From: Paraphysomonas bandaiensis
Taxonomy: Eukaryota; Protista; Chrysophyceae
Assembly (NCBI GenBank): GCA_965644295.1
Contig: CBFFRP010000023.1
Coordinates: 1 to 64,000 of the forward strand
Length of the DNA: 64,000 nucleotides
Reading direction: 5' to 3'
How positions within the stretch are numbered: position 1 is the stretch's first letter; every line of letters begins with the position of its first letter. Under the pieces are notes generated by a model, which was not told the DNA's origin, did no database searches, and was given only the letters and a program-made list of their open reading frames with translations. Of the stretch, positions 40,012 to 50,208 are shown in pieces. Position numbers and translations under genes: made by a program.

Positions 40012-41089
40012 TCTAGTATTAACAGGAGCTAGAGAGGGGCATCAGTTGCAACTATATCACACTGCACTCTTAGCTGTCACCGTAATTGTAGATATATCTA
40101 GTTTTTTTCCATGCCACTCTGGTATTGATGACACAGAGATGTCTTCCCACTGCACGACGACCCTCTCAATGAGGCATAACTATTCTGGATGTGTTACTGC
40201 TCAAAACGATTACAAGTCTACACGAATCAGTCCGTCTCTTGAATTTATTTATAAAAGTTATCGTTCTAAAGCAGATTTAGAGTGCCAGAGTAGCAGTTTG
40301 CTATGAACTATGGAGTATATGGAAGTCTATACACAGAGCAGACATAGTTTTAAATAATAAAATATTGCTTTTTTGGACTGTATGGCTAAGAGCTTGTGCA
40401 CGTTTATATACTATACCATAGATCTTATGGGAGTAAATTTCATTTACCGAACACTACATCTGTTAACATTTACATTATAGGCATAGTTTATTTAAGTAGG
40501 CGTCTTGGTACAGATTTTACAGATAGCATACATTCGTCACATGTAGGCTAGAATGTAAGCCGTCTTACTATATGACTATATATTGAAGCTGAAAGCATTT
40601 ATGTTTTCATCCAAATAAATCACCTGCACAATTCTTCACTTGCATTAGTTTTCAAAATTAAAACAGATATTGACCTAAGAAATGATGAAGGGATCTATTA
40701 CTGGTCCTTGTCAATTTGCATAACTTCTTATCCCCCCAAAATTGGTGTAAAATGTAAAGTCTAGTCAAGGGTTAAAAAGCCTAGACAATTCAACCAATTT
40801 GACAAGGTTGATTAAAATTTACAAATGATAAAAGCTATATTTCATGTAGCTCATAGACACTTGGCTTCAATGGATGTGTTCTCGGTACTAATCAGAGACT
40901 AAACAAGAGCGTCATAGCTGTCAGAACACTATCGCAACTGAAAATGTACATGTAAAATATAGGAATCGATCGTTTACAACTCAGGATATGGAATTCTTAT
41001 TAGAACACAATTGTCACTTCTTGATCTTAGGGTGAATTTCATCTACAACTCACAATAAACTTATGTATTTCTACACACACAATGCCAAG

Positions 41090-41594
41090 TCTCAAGAATG
41101 TCAGACTCCCACTTTTTTGTGGTGCTCTGGGTGATAAGAACGAGAGAGATTCTCTCTGGGAAACTAACGTGAGCCGCAAACATAGTCAGCAGATATTCTT
41201 CTGCCCACGCATAGCCGAATGCTTGTGTGGTACAAGGGACACCAATAAGTGTCACTTGTGTAGACGTCTTTGGGCCCTGATGAATAAACAGGCATCCGCG
41301 AATGGGCCCACCTCAAGGGCATCCGGGACAGGGCCCACCTGAAGGGTAACCGGGGTATTGGGCTGCCTGCTGAAGTCAAGCATCCGGGATGTTCACCTTA
41401 AGAACTCAGAGCGGAAGTGGTTGCACCTTGTTGGTGCTTGCGGCGACGCACAAGCAGCTTCCGTAGCGTTAAATAGTAGGATAAAAAAAGTGTACTGATT
41501 AGTTACAGGTAGAGGTCTAACTAGTTTATCTACATTCATCTAGCTACTAAGTTGGTGCAGGTTTATAACGCCTATTGCTAATAATAAGACTTTC
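41090..41594 (+). mobile_element. Non-coding structured repeat (SINE/SIDE-like), copy 2
   Basis: Best-preserved copy; multiple stems and a GNRA hairpin; same 3' end as copy 1. Confidence 0.75.
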
Positions 41595-41597
41595 AAT

Positions 41598-42381
41598 ATA
41601 GACGTCTGGGCCTTGAGGAATAAACAGGCATCCAGGAGTGGGCCCACCTCATGGGCATCCGGAGTATTGGGCTGTCTGCTGAAGTCAAACATGAGGGATG
41701 TTCACTCTAAAGGACAGAGAACGAGAGCGTTTGCACCGTGGTGCTTGCGGTGACGCACAAGCAGCTTTCGTAGCGCTAAATAGTAGTGTCCCATTCCGAG
41801 GGCGTGCCATAGTGTAGGCTCGCTGGTATACCACATATAACACCGAGGTTTTGCACTGATTCTGCTACCCGCCCGCCTACTCGTGTACCAACGTAGCTGG
41901 CCGCATAGATCGCGCGATGATTCTGTTTCCGCCCCACCCGTGTTCACCTTTGCTAAGATTACTTGGGATATCTCATAGCTATGTATTACTTGTATATGTA
42001 ATTCGCGAAGATTCTAGTAGGACCATGTTTACCTTCCTATTATCAAACAAAGATTGCGCATGACCATGCATGACTCAGTATAGAGTATAGGCCTAAATTG
42101 CGCGGGATTTCTCGTTTCTCGTAATCCCATATAGGCTATGCAAGTATAGTGTAGATCTAGTTAGAGATTGCTTGGTGCCGACACACAAAGAATACGCTGG
42201 GATAGTATTAACAATCTATACGATACTTACTTCTTACTTAATCAACACTGGCACTTTACTAGGGCACGCTCTCGGAATGTGGCAAGTCGAATATCAGAGT
42301 TAAGTTAACTAGTTAATAGTTAAGTTATTTTGCTACATTAGTTCTGAATCTAACACGCCTATTGCTAATAATAAGACATTC
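41598..42381 (+). mobile_element. 5'-truncated tandem copy of the same repeat, interrupted by a TIR element
   Basis: Restarts at TAGACGTC-TGGGCC directly after the copy 2 tail; its own tail resumes after 42289. Confidence 0.7.
41787..42284. mobile_element. 498-bp TG...CA element with 27-bp imperfect TIRs and probable 5-bp TSD
   Basis: TGTCCCATTCCGAGGGCGTGCCATAGT matches the reverse complement of the right end at 23/27; flanks are AGTAG / AGTCG. Confidence 0.75.
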
Positions 42382-42621
42382 ACTACAACTACAATGGCAA
42401 AGGTTAACAACAATCGAGAACTTTCCTTCATGGAGAACTATATATATTACACTTTACCATTAATACTCAGTGTACAAACAAGAACAGGGTCGTTACACCT
42501 TTTGAGTGTGTATGATGCAACGACTTCATAATATGTAAACGGAGGTCATTCTACAACCAGAAAAAACAATATTGTGATCTACCACACATTCGAATACACA
42601 TTATTAATGACTCCAAACAAT

Positions 42622-44825
42622 CTATGAGGACGATGCTAAGTCGATGCCACCACGCATTCTAGTATCATGAGCACTCATACGTATGCCTACGTAGTCGATT
42701 GGCTTACTCTGGCCACTTTTTACATCGTTGTATACTTTGTTGACTTTCATGCGTAAGCTATCTGGCGTTAGTCCAAAATTGGCATCCGCATCAGGAACTA
42801 CCCTCATACTCAGCAGCTTCTCGATAGACATTGGTTTAATAGGTTTCTGAATAGCAACACTACACAGAGTAGCGAGATCGGGCCGCATGAACGCAGCTAC
42901 ATCACTTGTGCAGCCGGATTCCCAATTCGCTGCATTCAGGTTGCTCCTTCCATACTCTCCAAGGACACTGATAAGCATTGCCACAACAGTCCGATTCTCC
43001 TTCGTGAACTCACTTAGTGCCTTTTGTAGCAGTGAAATATTTTCTGCTCCAACATCTTCAGATATTAGAACGATATCAAACACAACTGGGTCGGCAGTCC
43101 GCCCTGAAGCATCAGGCGTTGGTTTCGTCATTTGCTGCACTCGATTAACTGCCTCGGACACTCCTAGACAAAGGAATGCATCACACCCCATTCGCCTCAG
43201 TGTTTTCTCTGCAGGTATCTGGTGTTTCACATTGGATTCCACAAGAAGAATCTGTGGTTTGTGTGTACTATCCAGTTTGACCTTTTTTCCGCCTACTGAT
43301 CCCGCATACACCAAGTTCTTCCCATTGAACATTAAAAAGGTAGGGATCGATTTAATTCCCAGATCTTTCGTGATCCTGTTATTCTCAGATACATCAATCT
43401 TGTAAAGTTGTGGGATACTTTGATCAGTCGCCTTCCCGCTAGCAGGCCTACTTCCTGCTCTGGACACTGTTGTTGAACTTGTATTACGTTTTGTCCCACC
43501 TTGTTCCGTAATCGACCGATTATAGAGCTCCGTAATTCGGAGGTAGGAGCAGCTGATAGGATCGCCACCACGCATCACCAACACCACCGTCAAGGGAGAA
43601 TTGGGGGACGCAGGTGCAGCAGCCAAGCTACTTTTGAGTACGTCCCACTTTACTCCCTGGAGTGGTAAGCCTTGAATCTCTATCATGCCGGTGGGGTTGT
43701 CACTGGTAACCGCGGCGGGGTCTACCACAAGCATAGAACTGTACCTTCCTGAGGCCTTGAGCACTGTCGACGACCGAGACAGAGGCGGGTTCTCTTCCCG
43801 AAGCACTGTGCGCACTGATAACGAATCCTTCCACTCTCCATCGGATGTCATCAACTTTGCTGGGGCCTATGAAATACATTTATAACAAAACAAAGCAATA
43901 CAAGAGACATCACCCACCGTTTTGGTCAGACTTGACGTGTCCTCCGCAGAAACATATATTGTTTGGCTAAATCCCGGAGACACCCCTGTTTCTACACCGG
44001 CTACGGGAATACGAGGCACTTCACTTAACGTCATCTGAAGTGCATCTGTCTTCCAGGTATTCGCAGATTCGTGAGATATTTTTATCGTGCCACCAATTTC
44101 GTCAAATCTTTTCTCCAGTCCCCCAACGATATCCTGAACCATGGGAGATAAGTTTTCACTTCTGGGATATAAGATATTTCTTTTCGCAGCCATCTCTTTG
44201 TTAAAGTCCACTGTTCTTTGTTGAAGTGTAACGTGGTTGAGTTGGGGAATCAAACGCCCTGCAGAACCTCTTTTGGCATGATCTAAGTAGGAGTCGTTCC
44301 GCTTGAACTTCATTCCAACGTCCATCTCATGTTTAATCGAGTCATATTCGAACAACAAGGTCATGTCAGACCGGCTTCTAAACGTAAATGTTATATGCTC
44401 GTTCAATCTAAACACCATGTCCCCGTTTGGAGGAGTGCCACAATTCTGTGCCTTTCGGTCCCACTTCCACTGATGAGTTATGCGTCCTTCATTATTAGTT
44501 ATTATCCCTCCGACCTTTGAAAGAGCAAACTCAAAAGCATTATCCCTCATTGACTTCCTCTTACTTGAGCTACAAAACCCCACTGCATGTTCGTCTATTC
44601 CAAGTAAAAGAGTATTCTTTCTATTGGAATCAAATGCATAGTATCTATTTTGATATGAGCTGGCTTCACTCGAACACACAGCAACTGAACCACTGGGGTA
44701 ATAAATGAACCCTACACACATCCACAATCAATCATGTACACAGAGCAGACATGATTCGACCCACCTGTGCCATCTTCATTAAACTTTAAAGCCAATCTGC
44801 CATTTTCATAATATTTGGATGTCAT
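42622..44825 (-). CDS. FAM194/ERICH6-like domain fused to thioredoxin-like and receiver-like domains (3 exons)
   Basis: MTSKYYENGRLA..G|FIYYPSGSVAVC; GIKSIPTFLMF; ILLVESN..FDIVLISED..QKPIKP. Confidence 0.65.
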
Positions 44826-45353
44826 ATGACTGTATGTGGTATACAGGGGAGGGGATGACCGCACGAGTAGAGAGATTAGTGATACTCCGCTTCACGAGCG
44901 AATCAGATATACCTACTCGAGGAGTCAACAAGGTGTGCTGCTGTTATATCGTACAGGTATATATGTATATGTGTGTGTGTGGGTATGTCACGGCTGTCTA
45001 TATACAGCTAGATGCATATGTACAGTGTACTATGTAGCCGTTTTGCGATACACAGCCAACCTCTGTACATGGACTACCGTACCATACAGCAGTATACAGT
45101 ATACAGGCATACATCTGTATGGACAACCATTGTACTGGGCAACATCATTCCTCTATAAAATACAGATATTAGTCAAAATAGGAGATTTTATGAAAATAAA
45201 TGTTCTAAAAACTACGGATTTCCTACCTGACTTGTGGTGTTGAGACTGCTCAGCTCTTAACATAATCTGCAACTAAGTTCGAGCTACAGGTGCTGTGCAT
45301 GTATAGTACCCCACCATATCTATAACAGAGAGGAAACGAGTAGTCTATAGCCA

Positions 45354-46331
45354 ATGGGAGATATACTCTTTGAGACATTAGAGAAGTGGCACGGCGATAA
45401 GTCATGGGGCCGTTTCTTGGATGCTGGCACAGGTGAGACCTCATATCATGCTTGCAGATAACATATAAGAGCATTGAGCTAGGTGTGGACTCATTGAAAT
45501 GGGCACAGAGATTAAATACGACCTCATGGACTGCGATAACAGCTGATGATGGAATGAAGAGATCGATAGAGTCCAGCAGAGCTGTTGTTATGCGACAGCA
45601 GGACAGAATTCTTGTCGGGAACTGGATGGATGAAAGCTTTTGTAGTGAATTAGGAACATATGATACAATACTTGCGGATTATCTCATTGGTGCTGTCGAT
45701 GGATTTTCTCCTTATACGCAAGACTTGATTATAGAAAAGTTGGTTCCTTGTCAATATACTTCGCCAAACGCTAATACTCTTTCAGATTAAAGAAGCACAT
45801 GAACCCTGGCGGAAAACTTTACATTATTGGAATGAATCCTATTCCTGATACTTGTGTGTCTCCTGCAAGTCTAGTGTCAGAGGTACGATAAAGAGGAGAC
45901 TGAGCATCCATTGATTAATTTCAATTAGGTTCGCCGAACAAGGGATGCGTGCATTCTTTTGGCCGGTCACCGTCCGTACAGAGAATTTCCTGTTGAGTGG
46001 ATGCAGAGGCACCTCAAAGCAGTGGGACTCGTAGTCACTGGAAGCAAGAGTTACACTATCCTTCACAACGAAACCAGCATACTGCGGCAGGTTCGAGTGG
46101 CGGAAAGCAAATTGGCGCTGATGCCTAACTCGGACCTCAGGAATGGGATGGAAAACTACCTGAGCGATCTCAAGTAATAACCTTATTTAGATTTGTTTGG
46201 TGTTAGTGATTGATGCATTTTACAGGGCGCGCATACATCAGGCTCTCGCATCTACAGCGGAGGGAAGGGTTCCCCTCTCATTTGATTATTGCTTAGCTGC
46301 GGAATTAGAGGAGTCGGTGGACATCTCTTAG
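45354..46331 (+). CDS. Class I SAM-dependent methyltransferase (multi-exon)
   Basis: WGRFLDAGTG, YDTILADYLIGAVDGFSPY, DACILLAGHRPYREFP; introns located manually. Confidence 0.8.
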
Positions 46332-46627
46332 AGACGCAGATGTCTGCTGATAGTATTAAGTTTGTTATTGATATCAGCCGTGTCGCTAATATTATAGATC
46401 CATCATATCGTAGCTTCAAACGATTGGAATATCTTGTAATAATAATGCACTTTTACCATATCATCAATTGGACTATGAGCTATGACCTGCAAATGTCTTC
46501 AGATATTCGGATAAACAGACTTTCTCCTATCTATATTACAATATCATTGTCACTGCCGCTTTGGCTTGGCTATTCAAGTCACAAACTATTCTATAAATTA
46601 TACTTCGTATTAACACACTATATCACT

Positions 46628-46826
46628 CAGGGCTAGGAAACAATATATTGCAATACTTTTTTTAGATAGTATTGATGGAACACTATCTAAAAAAAGTATT
46701 GCAATATATTGTTTCCTAGCCCTGAGTGATATAGTGATATTGATGGAGATTTTTAACAGGCCCAACAATACAATGACAATATATTGTACAATGTATTGCA
46801 ATACAATATATTGTTTTCTAGTCCTG
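46628..46826. mobile_element. hAT-like MITE (CAGGGCTAGG...CTAGTCCTG) containing an inverted duplication
   Basis: Related TIR copies at about 53400-53422, 56184, 56354 and 57856-57883. Confidence 0.7.
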
Positions 46827-47884
46827 ATATATTATATTTTACAACACACTTCAATATCATAGACACTGGAAATTTAGCTTTGCTATTATTCTGTGATAAC
46901 TATGTAAGTGTGTAACTTCTAGCATAAAGATTGACTTAAACCTTAACTTTAGGGAGACTAAACCACTGTTGCGTATTCCTCGATGAAATAAAAAGCTAAA
47001 TTCTGTTCCATTCCGTATACCATGTGGTGTACCATATACGTACAAATCGTGTCCAGTGGTGTATAAATACATCAAATTTGTAGTCCATGTCGTTTTTGGT
47101 CTGAACCGTAAATGTAAAATTAAATGATAAAAACACCATTCAACTAAAACTCAGATGGACATACAATGTACAGCTGAGGATAAACTGTCTGTGACTCTAG
47201 TTGATCTACGGAAGAGTTAAATATGAGTCAGTTCGATAACCGAATCTGCAAGCACGTCATCCTCCACACGAACTTCTAGTCGTCGCTTCTTCTGAACTCA
47301 TCACGACTTCAACATCCAGATGCAGGTAATGAACACTTGCCACTAATACTTACGCAGGATCATGCAGCTCATATCAATATGGGTTAACGAGGAAACCTTA
47401 TCATGCGGAAGCGGAGTGCAGTAGTCACCTTAGACACTGGTATTTTATCAGTGATATCATCCTCACATGTGCTGCAACAGTCACTGTAGTGCCTCTAGGA
47501 GGTCTCATCATCACATCAAGATATTGCGATATCCATATTGCCCATATACAGTAGCATACAGCAGCATACAGCAATGGACGCACAGAGTACACTATGCCAT
47601 ATACAGTAGTATACAAGAATAGCACATGCTACCGTATATAGTGGTATACGGTCCGGTATTCTAGTATTCAATTTTAAAAATAGTGCGTTGTAATACAGAC
47701 GGGAGACAGAGGAATACTGTAATATGATTGGCTGAAACTTATTTGGTGCACACCTCTTCAAGATACTTCTATGGAGGTGTCCGCTGAAGATATCACGCAA
47801 CGGTTTTATGTTGCATGCATGCCGTTTTAATGCATGTGTTGGATCTTCACAATAAATCAGGTGCTCACTTGATCGATTGGAAAC

Positions 47885-49873
47885 ATGATGAGACTTAGTA
47901 AAGTTGTTGTGGGAGCTAGTCTCCTTGGCATGGCAAGTGCAGAATGCCCTAATGCTTGCAGCAGCCACGGTATTTGCACTAATTATGACATGTGCGAGTG
48001 CTATCGCAATTGGATGGCAAACGACTGTTCAGAACGTGTCTGCCAGTTCGGACTTGCCCACGTTGATACTCCTAAGGGAGATCTGGATGCCTCTTCTGGT
48101 GCTTTGACTGGACCTGGAGTAACTGTTGTGACTAACAGTGAAGTGTATCCTTACGGTACCACCGAGCAGTTTCCCAACATGGTCGACTCTGCTGGCAACG
48201 TTATGACTGAGTCCGCTCACTACTACATGGAATGCTCTAACAAGGGTCTCTGCGATCGTGAGACTGGTACCTGTGAATGCTTTCCTGGATATGAGGGATC
48301 TGCTTGCCAGCGCGCCTCCTGCCCGTCCTCTGGTGGAGGTGTATGCAGTGGACACGGTACATGTGACACTATTAAGGAGATTGCACGAGCAGACAACAAT
48401 AACATATATGAGCTTTGGGACGAGCACTCAACTCTTGGTTGTGTTTGTGACGCTGGTTATTACGGCCCTGATTGCTCTTTGCGGAGATGCAAGTATGGAG
48501 CTGATCCTCTCTATGCTGACGATTCAACTGCCACCCAGAGAGTGTCTAACTGGACCTACGGTTTCTACTCTTACACTGCGCGTTCTGATATGGTAGTCAG
48601 TGGAAACTACTCTCTAGTTTTCTATGATGTGTTTGGTGAGGACTGGAGAACAGAGGCCATTACCTGGAGTGATGGATGTGACGAAGTTATTTCCAAACTT
48701 GAAGCTATTCCTAATGATGTCATTCCTGGTAACAGTGTTGAATGTCTAGATCAGGACGAAAATACTGTTTACGCTGGTAGGGTTCCTCCTGATAATGGCA
48801 GTGGTAGCAGCTACTATTTTTACAAGGTTATTACTCTTGTTTTCCCCAAGAATCCAGGAAAGCTCAAGCAGATGGAAGTTGATATCTACCTTGACGGACC
48901 CCGCCCAACACTTGTGTCTAACGAGACTGATAGCACCCTCTCGACATTTGTTCACGCCAATGGCTTCACTGGTGAGTTTGTCGATTATGTTCCTGATTAC
49001 TGTGAAGGTGTTGAGGTGACAATCACCAGTACTGGCAATCAATATCGACTTGCATCTCTGACCACAAAGGAAACTATCCTTCTGAAGAGATGTCTTGGTG
49101 ATGCCGATGGTGATACTACAGCTTCTGGTCAGCAGGATGAGGTGTACAACTGGGACTATGGTACAAGAATTACTCCTCATCTTATCAAGCTTGTCGAAGC
49201 TACTGAATCACCTTTCACCCGTATCTGTAACTCTACCGATCAGTACTTCCAGCATAAGAGCAGTTTAGATTGGTGTGAAAACGACGGTCCTGCTGGGTTT
49301 TATGCCCCTCTTATTTACGACGATGCTACTGGTAACTTTGAGATTTTCAATCAGCTGAACACCATTTACTCGTCCACAACACCGTTCAGAGTGTTTACTA
49401 CAACCGGAAGACTCAAGCGTATAAATGAAGACAGTGACATTGAGCACGATGGTGTTTTCGGCAAGAAGGTATATTACTCTATCTCCACTGGCGATGACAT
49501 TGCCATTGACTGCGAGACCAATACCAACAGCACAACAGGCGACTGCCTCAACAAGGGCGACCTTGCTATGTTCTTTAATCCCGTCAACCCTGTCAGAAAC
49601 CCTGAGTTCCACAACATGTACACCATCGAGAAAGTTGCTAGAGACAGAAACTCAACCGACTACACGGCTCATACCGAAATCACTCTTGATATTGGTATCA
49701 ACTTTGCTCACATTGAAGAGGCCTATATCTACAAGTTTTACCCTCCCACTGGTGTCAGCTGGGCCGCAGAGTGTTCTGACCGTGGTGTGTGCGATTCCTC
49801 CACTGGTCTTTGCCAATGCTTTGCGGGTTATACTTCTGATGATTGCTCTGTGCAGAACACTCTCGCTAAGTAG
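47885..49873 (+). CDS. Tubular mastigoneme protein (Ocm1/SIG1 family, EGF-like cysteine motifs)
   Basis: Signal peptide; CPNACSSHG..CYRNWMANDCSERVCQFGLAHVDTPKGDLD; ECSNKGLCDR; C-terminal ECSDRGVCD..Q.TL. Confidence 0.88.
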   Translation: MMRLSKVVVGASLLGMASAECPNACSSHGICTNYDMCECYRNWMANDCSERVCQFGLAHVDTPKGDLDASSGALTGPGVTVVTNSEVYPYGTTEQFPNMVDSAGNVMTESAHYYMECSNKGLCDRETGTCECFPGYEGSACQRASCPSSGGGVCSGHGTCDTIKEIARADNNNIYELWDEHSTLGCVCDAGYYGPDCSLRRCKYGADPLYADDSTATQRVSNWTYGFYSYTARSDMVVSGNYSLVFYDVFGEDWRTEAITWSDGCDEVISKLEAIPNDVIPGNSVECLDQDENTVYAGRVPPDNGSGSSYYFYKVITLVFPKNPGKLKQMEVDIYLDGPRPTLVSNETDSTLSTFVHANGFTGEFVDYVPDYCEGVEVTITSTGNQYRLASLTTKETILLKRCLGDADGDTTASGQQDEVYNWDYGTRITPHLIKLVEATESPFTRICNSTDQYFQHKSSLDWCENDGPAGFYAPLIYDDATGNFEIFNQLNTIYSSTTPFRVFTTTGRLKRINEDSDIEHDGVFGKKVYYSISTGDDIAIDCETNTNSTTGDCLNKGDLAMFFNPVNPVRNPEFHNMYTIEKVARDRNSTDYTAHTEITLDIGINFAHIEEAYIYKFYPPTGVSWAAECSDRGVCDSSTGLCQCFAGYTSDDCSVQNTLAK

Positions 49874-50208
49874 TCATTTGATTATGTTGGCTTGCTCTGT
49901 ATGCGTTCGAAGTACTAATATATAACCTTATTCTATCATTAATAATGTATACTGATTTTTAATATTTGTAACGTTTCGTCTTCTATTTCTCTTTACTGGT
50001 AGTATAATTTCTTTTTCATTGGATAATTTATGCAGCTGAGTAAAAGTTCCTCACCAGCTACTTGGAATTTTATTTGCTCTTAGGGGCAGTTATTTCCTCT
50101 ACCACCAAGCAAAAGCTATATTCAACCGCATGCTTTGTTTTCAAGTATTGTGTTTGAAATCAGTACCTACTTGCGTCTTCTTTTATCTCTTGGTCCCTCA
50201 TTAATAAC

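Noticed and set aside
39717-40016. TG/SP/SQ repeat ORFs
   Set aside because: Translations of the hexamer microsatellite.
41272-41310. CTGATGA hammerhead core
   Set aside because: No GAAA or stem II, and the other copies read TTGAAGA or TTGAGGA.
41436-41470. Group II intron domain V resemblance (GNRA loop plus AC bulge)
   Set aside because: Stem too short, no AGC triad and no other intron domains.
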